This document shows positions 48,965 to 58,861 of a DNA stretch of 64,000 nucleotides, piece after piece (position 1 is the stretch's first letter; each line of letters begins with the position of its first letter). The position numbers and the translations under genes were made by a program. Source of the stretch: Trueperaceae bacterium (GTDB lineage Bacteria; Deinococcota; Deinococci; Deinococcales; Trueperaceae). The DNA lies in assembly GCA_040905465.1 (NCBI GenBank), contig JBBDRK010000072.1, positions 17,851 through 81,850 on the forward strand, in the 5' to 3' direction. Below the pieces are notes generated by a model that was not told the DNA's origin, searched no databases, and was given only the letters and a program-made list of their open reading frames with translations.

Positions 48965-49570
48965 ATGACATTACGCTTTTCGAGGTTGATCGCCGCCTTG
49001 CTGCTGGCGCTCTGCCTGCAGCTTGGTCTGGCGCAGCGAAGCGTAGAACTGAGCGGAATAATCGAAAGCCAGGATCCCCTGGCGGAGCGCACCCGCGTGG
49101 CGATTCACGTGGTCGATCGTGACGGAGTATGGGGCGATGAGATCGCGACCGTAGCGCCGGTAGCGGGTACCTTCAGCATCAGCGCAGGACCGGTAGAAGG
49201 CCAGGAGCTCCGTGCCTTCCGCTCCGGGGTCGTGCTGCTGCCGGGCTTGCAGAACGAGTACCGGGTCAGTCCAGACAACGTGAACTTTCTCCAGGGTCGC
49301 GTCAACATGTACGTTGACAACAACGAAAGCGGCATGTTCGAGCGTGTAAGCGACGCCTTCTACATCGGGGTCTCCAGCCTGGACGAGCCTGGCGGCTTCT
49401 TCTCGCTGCTCTATGTCGACCGAGACGCCACGCTCACCGGCACCGGCGTGACCCTGGAACTCCTGGAGGGCTGGAACGTCTTCACCGTTCGGTTCCCGGG
49501 CGAGGGCGCCTTGGAGTTCGGCGTTCACCAGGCCGTCGAGGACCTGGTGCTGACTGCGGTGCTGCCTTGA
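48965..49570 (+). CDS. secreted hypothetical protein
   Basis: Signal peptide ending GLA-Q; GGAG SD; extended -10 TGCTAAGCT upstream. Confidence 0.75.
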   Translation: MTLRFSRLIAALLLALCLQLGLAQRSVELSGIIESQDPLAERTRVAIHVVDRDGVWGDEIATVAPVAGTFSISAGPVEGQELRAFRSGVVLLPGLQNEYRVSPDNVNFLQGRVNMYVDNNESGMFERVSDAFYIGVSSLDEPGGFFSLLYVDRDATLTGTGVTLELLEGWNVFTVRFPGEGALEFGVHQAVEDLVLTAVLP

Positions 49571-49618
49571 GCGATGTCGTGTCGAAACTCCATGGCGCCG
49601 ACCTGATATAAAGGGGCA

Positions 49619-50125
49619 ATGAGCGTCTTGGAGGGAAGCGCCGACGGAAGCGGTCTCCGGATCGGAATAGTAGTCAGCCGATTCAACGACTTCATCACCA
49701 AACGCTTGCTGGACGGTGCTTTCGACGCGTTGCGGCGCCACGGCGTTTCCGGTGAGGCGGTGGACGTGGCCTGGGTGCCGGGCGCGGTCGAGATTCCGTT
49801 GGCGGCGCAGGCGATGGCCCGGAGCGAACGCTACGACGCCTTGCTGGCTCTCGGCGCGGTGATTCGAGGTGCCACCAGCCACTACGACTACGTTTGTGGG
49901 ATGGTTTCGTCGGGCGTCGAGCGGGTATCGCTGGAGACCGGGGTTCCGGTGATCTTCGGTGTGCTGACCGTCGATACCATCGAGCAGGCGATCGAGCGCG
50001 CCGGCAGCAAAGCGGGAAACAAAGGGGCGGAGGCGGCCACTGCCGCGGTCGAGATGGCTACCCTGCTGCCTCAAATGCACGGAGCCGGGCGGGTGAGGTC
50101 CGGAATCGGTCAGGAAGTGGAGTGA
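49619..50125 (+). CDS. ribH: 6,7-dimethyl-8-ribityllumazine synthase
   Basis: [26 protein letters not shown] and [11 protein letters not shown]. Confidence 0.96.
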   Translation: MSVLEGSADGSGLRIGIVVSRFNDFITKRLLDGAFDALRRHGVSGEAVDVAWVPGAVEIPLAAQAMARSERYDALLALGAVIRGATSHYDYVCGMVSSGVERVSLETGVPVIFGVLTVDTIEQAIERAGSKAGNKGAEAATAAVEMATLLPQMHGAGRVRSGIGQEVE

Positions 50126-50505
50126 GCGAGGAGCCCAAGCCCACCTACTCGGCACGGGAGATCGTGCTCGAGTTCTTCCCTGCAACCGACGCAAGACTGA
50201 TACCGAGGGTTCACACCTACCAGCTGGGTCGCTCCGGCGACGGCGCCCTGATAATCCGCGACTCCCAGGAACGCGAGCTCGGCCGGTTGTTGCCCGTCTC
50301 CGCTTCCGGGAGCGCCACTACCCGACTCTGCTGCGACCTGTGCGGCTGGACAAGCATCCGGCAGTACCTGCAGGTACTGCGTGCCGAGGTGCCGGGCTCG
50401 AACGGCCGCCGTTTCCGGTACCTGACTGCCTGCCGCAACACCGAAGATTGCGAGGCACGCCGGATCGACGACGAACCGGTGCGGGTGCTGATAGAGTCCC
50501 GCTGA
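50122..50505 (+). CDS. small Zn-finger protein (FBP_C/FusB-type treble-clef-like)
   Basis: GTGA overlap with ribH; CCDLC...C....C pattern. Confidence 0.65.
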   Translation: MSEEPKPTYSAREIVLEFFPATDARLIPRVHTYQLGRSGDGALIIRDSQERELGRLLPVSASGSATTRLCCDLCGWTSIRQYLQVLRAEVPGSNGRRFRYLTACRNTEDCEARRIDDEPVRVLIESR

Positions 50506-50545
50506 ATCGGCAGGCTCCAACCGACGAAGTGCTATTGTGCTATCC

Positions 50546-50649
50546 GCGGAGCAGTAGGCGGCCATGGCCTGTCTCGACCACATTTTCGCCCGCCCCCCGG
50601 CGTCCTCTTGTGATCGGCCAGGTTCTGTTGGTATGTCTTACTGCTCCGC
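50546..50649 (+). ncRNA. candidate ~105-nt rod-like small RNA
   Basis: Ends pair (gcggagcagtag / ttactgctccgc); starts 7 nt after extended -10 TGCTATTGT; no convincing ORF. Confidence 0.45.
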
Positions 50650-50731
50650 TTGCTAGCCAACCCGACCGATCACTGGCTCCTCGCTTCGCTATGCGCCGTT
50701 TCGCTCGCACGAGTCGATCGGCAGCGTCGAC

Positions 50732-51382
50732 CTACTCATCCAGGCACCGCCTCAGCCACCCCTCGGCGATCCGCCGCTCTCTTCGAGAGTAGAGCTGCTT
50801 GGTGTAGGTGTCGCGGGGCCGGACGCAAAGCGCCCCATCACGTGACTCCAACCGAAAGGTGCGCCGTGCACCCACGCTCCGGTCGCTGTCGCCGTAAACC
50901 GCCGCGACCCGGATCTCCAGCAGCTTCAGTCCATCGGCGACGGCGGATCCCAGCCACTTCTCGCCCTCGGCCGGGCTCTGGCCCACGAGGCTCTCGAGGA
51001 TCTCCTCGAAGCTGCCCAGCCGCAGGAACTGGCCTTGCGCCAGGGGGCCCTGACGGATGACGTTTTCCAACTCCAGTCCGCCGAGTTCGCTCTCCGGGGA
51101 GAGCGCTGCGCCGAGCGGCAGCGAGCTTTCGCCATTCTCACCGACGGCGGCCACCCTCACGCACTGGATGTGGATGATGCCCTGACTGAGGTTCACCAGC
51201 AGGCAGTGCGAGTCCGGACCCACGCCGTGCGTCTGGTGGATCAGCATTCGCGGGTGACGGCGCCGGCGATAGTCGCTGTACATCAACTGAAGCCACACCA
51301 GCCACACCAGAAGAGTTGCCATGGTCACGAGGGTCGACAACACCGAAGCGTTGCGCTGCAACCAGTCGAAAGTCGTTTCCAT
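50732..51382 (-). CDS. membrane-anchored hypothetical protein
   Basis: ATG 51382; one TM segment followed by RRRRHPRMLI and a soluble domain. Confidence 0.75.
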   Translation of the reverse strand: METTFDWLQRNASVLSTLVTMATLLVWLVWLQLMYSDYRRRRHPRMLIHQTHGVGPDSHCLLVNLSQGIIHIQCVRVAAVGENGESSLPLGAALSPESELGGLELENVIRQGPLAQGQFLRLGSFEEILESLVGQSPAEGEKWLGSAVADGLKLLEIRVAAVYGDSDRSVGARRTFRLESRDGALCVRPRDTYTKQLYSRRERRIAEGWLRRCLDE

Positions 51383-52037
51383 CGGCACCCCCGTCGGCGG
51401 CCATCGTCCGCCTCGAGCGGCCACGGAGAGTGCGACCGTGAGCTGGCGGCGCCGCCGCACAACGGTAGCAGGGCGACAGGCGGCCGATTGCAAGCGGGAC
51501 ACCGGCGCGGCGCCGGCTGGTACCGAGCAAACCGTGCAGGTTGACGGCGAAGTGAGCGAGCACGGCCGTCCACAAGGTGCCGGTCAGGAGGGTCGCGTAG
51601 CCGAACGCGACCCCTGCCAGCACCGTGAAGAGGGTGTAGGCCCAGCCTCTGCGGGAGACCGGGTGAAGGGCGCCGAACAGCAGCGCCTGGCCCCACACCC
51701 CCAGGAGCTGCATGAGGCCGCCGCGGAAGAAGAGCTCCTCGCCACCCGCTGTCAGTGCCGCCAGCAGGACCGCGGTCAATGGAGTCAAGTGGAGCCGCTG
51801 CAGCGCGCTCTCGAGCAGCCGGCTGGCCCAGCGAAACGACGGCACGGTCCGTTCCAGCAGCCAGGCGCCGGCCAGCAACGACGCGGCCAGCGCGGCCGCG
51901 GCCACCGCCACCTGCACGGTCCCGGCAGGCTCCGGCAGCGTGGGCGGCGCCAGCCCCACCCAGACCGCTCCGGCGACTCCGAAGATCAGCGACGGCAGGA
52001 AAGGCAGCAGGAGGCGTGAGCGCTCACGCCGGGTCAC
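51138..52037 (-). CDS. CPBP (Abi/CAAX) intramembrane metalloprotease; ORF reads far past the domain
   Basis: GEELFFRG, FGALH and AHFAVN; GTG 52037 overlaps the upstream stop. Confidence 0.8.
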   Translation of the reverse strand: MTRRERSRLLLPFLPSLIFGVAGAVWVGLAPPTLPEPAGTVQVAVAAAALAASLLAGAWLLERTVPSFRWASRLLESALQRLHLTPLTAVLLAALTAGGEELFFRGGLMQLLGVWGQALLFGALHPVSRRGWAYTLFTVLAGVAFGYATLLTGTLWTAVLAHFAVNLHGLLGTSRRRAGVPLAIGRLSPCYRCAAAPPAHGRTLRGRSRRTMAADGGADGNDFRLVAAQRFGVVDPRDHGNSSGVAGVASVDVQRLSPAPSPANADPPDARRGSGLALPAGEPQSGHHPHPVREGGRRR

Positions 52038-53401
52038 GACAGCCAACCGCGCGCCCGCGCCAGCCCCTCCAGGGCGGCCCGCGCCTGTTCCCGGTCGGTC
52101 ACGTCGCCCACGGCCCTGGCCTCGCCCAGGAAGCGCAGCGCTTCGCCCACCTGCGGACCCTCGGGCAAGCCAAGGATCTCCATGACTTCGCGCCCGTCGA
52201 GCAGCGGTGCGAGCGGCGGCGGCTCTTCCAGGATGGCGACTATGCGGGAGAGCGAAGTGCGGTAGGCACGGCGGGTGGCTTCGCTGGAGAGCGGCCCGCG
52301 GGCGGCTTCACGGTCGGCGATCATGAGTTTCAGCAGGTCGGGCAGCAGTTCACGGCGACGGTGCGCAAAGCGCCGCGCCTGACGGTCGCCTCTGGGCAAC
52401 GGCAACATGTGATAGCGCACCAGCGCGGCGATGCGGTCGAGCTCCCGGATCGAGCGGCGCAGCCTCCTCATGGCGCTCCTGGCCAGTTCCGCGCCATGCC
52501 GGTCGTGCCCGTAGAAGCGGGTGCGGCCATCCTCTCCCCGCTCGCGCGTCCGCGGTTTGCCGACGTCGTGCAGGAGCGTCGCCCAGCGCAGCGCCACGTC
52601 GGCGTCGGGAAAGATCGTCGCCAGCCGCTGCAGCGCCTCGAGACTGTGGTCCAGCACGTCCAGATGATGCAAGCCGCCTTGTTCCACACCGCGAGCGCCG
52701 GCGAGTTCCGGCAGTAGGATCGCCAGCAGGCCGAGGCCCTCCAGTTGGGCCATCGCCGATCCGGGCGAGGGGCCCAGCACCAGCGCATCGAGCTCCTCGT
52801 GGATGCGCTCCCAGGCGGGCAGCGGCAGCAGGCCGGAATCGATGTCGGCGGATCCCCTGACGATCGCGGCGCGGGTGCCCGAATCCAGGGCGAAACCGAA
52901 CCGTACCGACAGGCGCGGCGCGCGCAGCAGGCGCAACGGATCGTCGCGCAGCGCCTGCTCGGAGGTCATCCGCAGAACCCTGCTGCGAAGGTCGCGAAGT
53001 CCGCCCTGCACGTCCGTCACCCTTCCGCTGCTGTCGGCGGCGAGGGCGTTGACCGTGAAGTCACGCGCCAGCAGGTCCTCCTCCAATGGGCCCCGCAGCG
53101 GAATGAAGTCGAGCGTTCTCCCGTCGGGCGGCGGGACGATGAGCCGCCAATGGCCCCGCTCGTGGTCGAGTGCGAACGGCCGGCCACCGGTTGCTTCGGA
53201 GATTTCCCGGCAAGCGGTCTCGGGATCGCTTACCAGCCAGTCGAGGTCTGCCGGTTCGACGCCGAGGAGGGTGTCGCGAACCGCCCCGCCGACCAGGTAG
53301 GCCCCGCTCGGTACCGGAGCGAAGGCGCTCATGTCCAGCCGTGCGGGTCGCCGGAACAGAATCCGCGACAGACTCCGCGGGAGAGAGAAGGGCCATCCCA
53401 T
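52034..53401 (-). CDS. CCA-adding/poly(A) polymerase family nucleotidyltransferase with HD domain; start uncertain
   Basis: LVGGAVRD, DLDW, RDFTVNA, DDPLRLLR, HHLDVLDH and LLHDVGK. Confidence 0.9.
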   Translation of the reverse strand: MGWPFSLPRSLSRILFRRPARLDMSAFAPVPSGAYLVGGAVRDTLLGVEPADLDWLVSDPETACREISEATGGRPFALDHERGHWRLIVPPPDGRTLDFIPLRGPLEEDLLARDFTVNALAADSSGRVTDVQGGLRDLRSRVLRMTSEQALRDDPLRLLRAPRLSVRFGFALDSGTRAAIVRGSADIDSGLLPLPAWERIHEELDALVLGPSPGSAMAQLEGLGLLAILLPELAGARGVEQGGLHHLDVLDHSLEALQRLATIFPDADVALRWATLLHDVGKPRTRERGEDGRTRFYGHDRHGAELARSAMRRLRRSIRELDRIAALVRYHMLPLPRGDRQARRFAHRRRELLPDLLKLMIADREAARGPLSSEATRRAYRTSLSRIVAILEEPPPLAPLLDGREVMEILGLPEGPQVGEALRFLGEARAVGDVTDREQARAALEGLARARGWLS

Positions 53402-53533
53402 GTCCCATTGAACCAGGATCCGGGCCATGAGTTTACTCAAATACCGATTCAGGCGACCTCCAGGGGTCGCGGAAGCCGAGTTGTCAACTGCGATGTACGG
53501 TGCGGTGGACGGTTGCTTGTTGTTTAATTGGGA

Positions 53534-54178
53534 ATGGCCAGCAGCGGGACCATCTCCGGATCGGAACGACACGCCGATCACGTCAGCCGGGTCGGCCTCA
53601 CGGGAAACATCGGTTCCGGGAAGTCGACCGTGGCGCGACTCCTGACCGAAAGAGGAGCGGCCGTCATCGATTCGGACGCGCTCGCCCGACAGGCCAGCGA
53701 AGACCCGACGGTGTTGCAATTGATCTCGGCGGAGTTCGGCGAACGAATGGTGACGGACGGACGGCTGGACCGGTCCGTCATGGCCCAGCTCGTGTTCGCC
53801 GACGCCGAGGCCCGGCGGCGGCTGGAGGGGATCATCCACCCCTGGGTGAGGGCGCGCAGCCGATCGCTTCAGCGGCGGCTGATCGAGTCCCCCGAACCGC
53901 CTCCGGTGATCGTCCACGATATCCCGCTCCTTTTCGAGAACGGACTGGACAGGAGCTTCGACTCGGTGATCGTGGTCCGGGCTCCGACCGAAACGCGAAT
54001 CGCCCGGTCGCTGGCGAGCGGCCGGTTGTCGGAGTCCGACTTCCGTGCCCGCGACCAGGCGCAGTGGCCGGCCGAGCGCAAGGCGGCTGCCGCCGACCAT
54101 CTGCTCGACAACAGCGGCGACCTGGCCTCGTTGAAAGCACAGGTCGCCGAGCTGTGGCCGAAGATCGTTACCAGTTGA
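53534..54178 (+). CDS. coaE: dephospho-CoA kinase
   Basis: VGLTGNIGSGKS, IDSD, LEGIIHP, DIPLLFE and DNSG. Confidence 0.95.
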   Translation: MASSGTISGSERHADHVSRVGLTGNIGSGKSTVARLLTERGAAVIDSDALARQASEDPTVLQLISAEFGERMVTDGRLDRSVMAQLVFADAEARRRLEGIIHPWVRARSRSLQRRLIESPEPPPVIVHDIPLLFENGLDRSFDSVIVVRAPTETRIARSLASGRLSESDFRARDQAQWPAERKAAAADHLLDNSGDLASLKAQVAELWPKIVTS

Positions 54179-55901
54179 ACTCCGACCTGCCGTAAGACCT
54201 GGTAGTTCCCGTCGCATCGGTCACCGTGTAGCTCACGCTGCCGCCGGCCCGCTCGGCGACGAACGAGACGAACTCCTCCAGGGTCTCGCCCGCCTGCTGA
54301 AGGGCGTCGAAATCGAGGTTCCCGCCGGCCAGGCCGGCGAACATCTGCATCTGGCTCGCCGTTTGCGCCCCGCTCTGAGAGAGTGTCTCGGCCAGATCGG
54401 TGAGGCTGTAGGCGGTTGCCGAATCGGGCACCTCGCCGGCCAGCCGCGCCAGCTCGCCACGCAACGCGCCGCCCTGGTCGCGGGCAGCGAGCGCCTGATC
54501 GATGGCGTCGTCCGAGGTAGCGATGAGCGCCCAGCCGTCCGTGACCGCGTGGGCGAGGTTTACGCCGGGGCCCATGCGGTAGGAGGTCACCTGGACGCCG
54601 GCCACGTCGCGCTGGGCAATGCCTGCCGCTCCACCCTGGCCGGTCGGATCGGCGAACCCGGCCACCAGGCCGCCGACGGTACCGAACAGCATCGAGAGAC
54701 CCTGGCCGGCCGCGGCGTCGTCGCTGCTCTGCACCAGGTACACCGCCTCGCCCAGCAGGTTCTCGCTGGGCACTCCGGGCTCCACCGGCGCCGTCACGCC
54801 GGTGGTGATGCTGGCCACCTGGCTGCCCATCCAGTCGAACAGGCTGGCGCGGAGGTCGATTCCGGTGAACTGCATGGCCAGCTCATCGAGATCCGGGTTG
54901 CCGAGCTCGTCGCTGGAGCCGGCCAGGTCCACCAGGTAGTCCCACCATCCCGGTAGATCGAAGTGAGACACGCTCACGCTCAGCGCTTCGGCCGGCGTGA
55001 AACGAAGCGGCTCGCGCGACGCCGGCGCGCTCGCCGTCAGCAGCGCGGCGAGGGCGGGGTCGCCCGCGCCGGGGATCCGGATCGACTCGCTGGTAACGCC
55101 GTCGTCGTCCACCCTGAAAACGCTGCCGCTGGTGCCCACGGTGCCCAGGCCGCCCAAGGCACGCGCAACCAACAGCTCGAAGCCGCTGGCCGAGCCCAGG
55201 GGCTCGAGCGCCGCCGCCAGCCGGGTGTAGTCGAGAAACGCGTAGATGTTGCCGCCGTCCAGTTGACCGAGGGTCGAGCCGTAACCTGCGCTCGAGCTGA
55301 ATCCCGCCTCGCCCGACCCCGCCATGCGCCGCAGCACCGAGCGCAGCACGTCGGGGTTGGTCGACGCCACCACCACGTCATCGGCCTGGCTGATCGCCAT
55401 CACCGGGAACGGCGTGTCTTCTCCGTCGACGGGGTAGAGGTAGATCGTGACCGATCCTTCGCTGGCCGTTTCCGCGCCCTCCTCCTCGGCCGACTGACGG
55501 ATCCCCTCGGCCACCTGAGAGGTGGCATCTCCGCTGGTACGGGCGATGAGCGTGAGCGCCGGCAGCGGGTTGAAGCTGGAGATCGAGACGGCGAACCAGG
55601 CCTCCTGGCCCAGGAGGTCGAGCGGAGCCAGTTCATCGAAGCCGGCGGGCAGATCGTCGCCGAACTCCTCGCCCTCCTCGGCGTCGCCGAACAGTGCCGT
55701 GAGGGCGTCACCGAGCTCGAGCCTCTCGGCCTCGGCGATGAACGCATCGAGCTTTCCGGCATGGTCGGCAAGCCCTTCGGTCCCGAGCGCGAAGACCGTT
55801 TCCTCCGGCAGCACCGGGGCCAACCGCTGGGCGAACGCCGATCCGAGCGCGATCGGCAGGACGAACGCGAGAAACGAAACCTGGGTCAAGCGGCGTGCCA
55901 T
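54168..55901 (-). CDS. secreted hypothetical protein (DUF3352-like)
   Basis: AAGGAGG SD before ATG 55901; signal peptide ending AFA-Q; long coding-like acidic ORF. Confidence 0.78.
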   Translation of the reverse strand: MARRLTQVSFLAFVLPIALGSAFAQRLAPVLPEETVFALGTEGLADHAGKLDAFIAEAERLELGDALTALFGDAEEGEEFGDDLPAGFDELAPLDLLGQEAWFAVSISSFNPLPALTLIARTSGDATSQVAEGIRQSAEEEGAETASEGSVTIYLYPVDGEDTPFPVMAISQADDVVVASTNPDVLRSVLRRMAGSGEAGFSSSAGYGSTLGQLDGGNIYAFLDYTRLAAALEPLGSASGFELLVARALGGLGTVGTSGSVFRVDDDGVTSESIRIPGAGDPALAALLTASAPASREPLRFTPAEALSVSVSHFDLPGWWDYLVDLAGSSDELGNPDLDELAMQFTGIDLRASLFDWMGSQVASITTGVTAPVEPGVPSENLLGEAVYLVQSSDDAAAGQGLSMLFGTVGGLVAGFADPTGQGGAAGIAQRDVAGVQVTSYRMGPGVNLAHAVTDGWALIATSDDAIDQALAARDQGGALRGELARLAGEVPDSATAYSLTDLAETLSQSGAQTASQMQMFAGLAGGNLDFDALQQAGETLEEFVSFVAERAGGSVSYTVTDATGTTRSYGRSEFNW

Positions 55902-55930
55902 AAATCCTCCTTGGAGTTCGGGCGCCGGCA

Positions 55931-57847
55931 TCAGCGTGCCAGCAACTTCTCGATGCGGTTCACGATGTCGTCGGTCCCCAGCCCCTGATGGCCGAGCTGG
56001 GCCCACGTTCCACCCTCGCCTACCTTGCTCACCCCGACCGCCCCGTAGCGCGGGGAATGGCCCCGTTCCAGCAACCAGCTTCCGAAACGGGTTCCGAGAC
56101 CGGTGCGGCTGTTGAGTCCTTCTACCACGAGCACGAACGGCGACCCACCGATGCGCGCGATCATCTCCTCGTCGACCACGTTGAGAGTCGGCTTGTTGAT
56201 CAGCCCCACATCCACGCCGCGCGCCCTGAGCTGCTCTACGGCGTCGAGCGAGCGGTAGAGCATCTCGCCGAAAGACACCACCCAGCCGGCGCTCCCCTCG
56301 CGAATCACCTCGTCCTTGCCCGGCTCGAAGCTGTACCGGGCCGGGTCGTAGGTACGCTCGCCCGACTCGTCCAGCACGTATGGCACCTCGGAGCGGGTGC
56401 TGAACAGGAAGCGCACGCCTTCGTCCCACAGCACCTTGCGCACCACCGCCTCGAACTGGTGGGCGTCTGCCGGAAAGTACAGCGGCGTCACCCCCTGCTG
56501 CTCGACGCCGTTGTCGGCGAAGAAGATGTTTATACCGAAGTGGCTGGTGTTGTCGGCGATGGCGTCCACGCCTGCGTGCGAGAAGTGGCAGAGCACATTG
56601 GAGCCGTTGAGCCGTGCCATGGTGACCTCGGAAACTATCATCTCCAGGAACGCCGAGAAGGTCGAGAAGATGCCGGTGCGCCCGGACTCGAAGCCGAAGC
56701 CGGCCGCGGCCGAGAAATTGCCACGCTCCATCACACCGGAGGCGACGAAGACCTCCGGGTGGCGCTTGGCGATGGTGTTGAGCCCGGTCGAGCCGGCGAG
56801 ATCGCTGTCGATCGCCATGATCCGTTGCGCCCGCTCGCTTTCCGGAAGCTCGTCGATCAGGTCGGCGACGACCTTTCCGAAGGTCTTGCGGTTGGAGCCG
56901 AGCTCGTCGCTGGAGCCCAGGTAGCTGCGGGTCTCGCTGTGTTTCTCCACCTTGCCCAGATACTCGGCAGCCCGTTGGTGTCCCCGTTGCCGAAGGTATT
57001 CGCTCGCGGCGTTCACGCCGATCACTTCGTGCCCGGCCGGCATGCCCTCGATCTCAGGCAGGCCCGGGGCCATCTTGCGGCGGTTCACCAGCGCTACCGG
57101 GCCTTCTCGAGTCAGGGCGGCTTGAAAGCGTGCGTAGAGCCCGGCGAGGTCCTCGCCGTCGCCTGCCGCCACGCTCAGCCCGTGCCCGCCCAAGGTGCGC
57201 TCCAGGTCGAAACCCGGCAGGTAATCCTGCGGATGCCCGGCGATTGTGACGTTGTTGTCGTCCAGCAGCAGTTTCACGTTCAGGTCCTTGGCAACCGCCA
57301 GTCTCGCCGCCTCGGCGTCGTTGCCCTCCATCTGCGAACCGTCGGAGCCTAGCAGGATCACGGCCTGGTCGGGATGCGCCATCGCCACGCCGTTGACGTA
57401 TGGCCACAGGTGACCGAGCCGTCCAGAGGCGAAGCCGATCGCTCTCTCCTCGTCGATCTCCGGGTGGCCGTAGAGCGCGCGGTTCTCCTCCCGGTAGTAG
57501 AGCAACTCCTCGAACGCCATCGCCCCGTTGAAGGCCGACATGGCGTACTGCAGCGCAACCCGGTGGCCGGCCTCGTCGAAGAGCACCGGGTAGACCCGGT
57601 TGGAGCCCCGAATGAAGCCATCGGCCAGCAGCGCTTCGGGAACCACGTCGAAGGCGCCGCCGGTGTGGCCGGAAAGCCCACGGGCGCCGGCCACGGCCGT
57701 GAAGAACACGATCACGTCGCGCATGATGCCGATGTTCGTTTCCCACTGCCGGCGCTGCTCGGTTGTCAGGTTCTCTGCGGTCGGGTCCAGAGTGAGTGGC
57801 CGGTAGTTGCTGACGTCCATGGGGAACGTCGTTGATGCGACGGTCAT
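55931..57847 (-). CDS. divergent transketolase-family ThDP enzyme
   Basis: SGHTGG, AGH, GHPE, SDGSQMEG...DDNN, SDLAGST, GVME and STFSAF; GAGGAGG SD. Confidence 0.85.
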   Translation of the reverse strand: MTVASTTFPMDVSNYRPLTLDPTAENLTTEQRRQWETNIGIMRDVIVFFTAVAGARGLSGHTGGAFDVVPEALLADGFIRGSNRVYPVLFDEAGHRVALQYAMSAFNGAMAFEELLYYREENRALYGHPEIDEERAIGFASGRLGHLWPYVNGVAMAHPDQAVILLGSDGSQMEGNDAEAARLAVAKDLNVKLLLDDNNVTIAGHPQDYLPGFDLERTLGGHGLSVAAGDGEDLAGLYARFQAALTREGPVALVNRRKMAPGLPEIEGMPAGHEVIGVNAASEYLRQRGHQRAAEYLGKVEKHSETRSYLGSSDELGSNRKTFGKVVADLIDELPESERAQRIMAIDSDLAGSTGLNTIAKRHPEVFVASGVMERGNFSAAAGFGFESGRTGIFSTFSAFLEMIVSEVTMARLNGSNVLCHFSHAGVDAIADNTSHFGINIFFADNGVEQQGVTPLYFPADAHQFEAVVRKVLWDEGVRFLFSTRSEVPYVLDESGERTYDPARYSFEPGKDEVIREGSAGWVVSFGEMLYRSLDAVEQLRARGVDVGLINKPTLNVVDEEMIARIGGSPFVLVVEGLNSRTGLGTRFGSWLLERGHSPRYGAVGVSKVGEGGTWAQLGHQGLGTDDIVNRIEKLLAR

Positions 57848-58048
57848 GCGTACCTCCTCGGCGCGGGGTGCTGGTTCCAGGTGCTGCGTTCTCGGCGCCT
57901 GGTTCTCGGCGCTGCCTGCTCGTCCGGCGGCGCCGGCATCGTATCGTGGCTGCGTGGGGCTGGCCGTGCCGGGTACTCCGGCCCTCGGGAGCCAGTATAT
58001 GCATTGGCCCGTTATACTGCCGCCAGAACACCTTTCGGGAGGTAATCA

Positions 58049-58660
58049 GTGACCAGTGAAACGGCAGGTCGAGTGGCAGCATCCGAAGGTGCTGGTCGAG
58101 TACTGTATCAACCGCTCATAGAGCAGCTAGTGCCGGTCCGCAGCGCCGGAGTGAGAGTTGTCCTGCAGGTGCTTCTCGGCATCGCGCTGCTGGCGGCGCT
58201 GGCGCAGGCGCGCATCGAGATCGGCGCCGTGCCGGTTACCGGCCAGACCTTGGGCGTGTTGCTGATCGGCGCAGCTTACGGCGCGCGCCTCGCCGGGGTG
58301 ACGGTCCTCGGCTACCTGATTGCCGGTGGAATGGGCTTGTCGCTTTTCGCCGGGGCGGGCGCAGGCTGGTCCACCTTCGCCGGCACCACCGGTGGCTACC
58401 TGATCGGATTCCTGCCGGCCGCGCTGTTGGTGGGCTACCAGGCGCAACGCGGCTGGGATCGCTCCTATGTCCTGATGGGGTCGGCGATGGTGCTGGGGAA
58501 CCTGGTCATCTACCTGTTCGGCCTGCTGTGGCTCTCGCGCTTCGCGCCCGACCTCGCCACTACCTTGCAATGGGGCCTGTGGCCCTTCCTGCTCGGCGAC
58601 CTGCTCAAGCTGTTGGTGGCGGTGGCGCTGCTTCCTACAGCCTGGCGGCTGCTCCGCTGA
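58049..58660 (+). CDS. bioY: biotin transporter BioY
   Basis: VPVTGQTLGV, TGGYLIGF and PFLLGDLLK; TATACT and GGAGGT upstream. Confidence 0.93.
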   Translation: MTSETAGRVAASEGAGRVLYQPLIEQLVPVRSAGVRVVLQVLLGIALLAALAQARIEIGAVPVTGQTLGVLLIGAAYGARLAGVTVLGYLIAGGMGLSLFAGAGAGWSTFAGTTGGYLIGFLPAALLVGYQAQRGWDRSYVLMGSAMVLGNLVIYLFGLLWLSRFAPDLATTLQWGLWPFLLGDLLKLLVAVALLPTAWRLLR

Positions 58661-58861
58661 GCCGGGCGCCATAACGGTTCGAACACCCTCGCGGCTGGGA
58701 TAGCCATCACAGGACGGCGCCTCTCGTCCGTCCATACTGATAGCAAGCAGCGTCGATGCCTGCCCATTTTGCAGGCGCCGACGTTCGCGACGATACCGCG
58801 CTGTTGAGGCTTCCGATCAACCGGGAGTTGCGGTGGAGCGCAGATTCGCGGGGGGCGATGA

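Noticed and set aside
49619-50125. ribH located about 21 kb from the rib operon
   Set aside because: Split rib genes are common, so this is not evidence of anything unusual.
57866-57915. Degenerate 13-14-bp repeats in the transketolase leader
   Set aside because: Short, irregular and GC-rich; no function can be supported.
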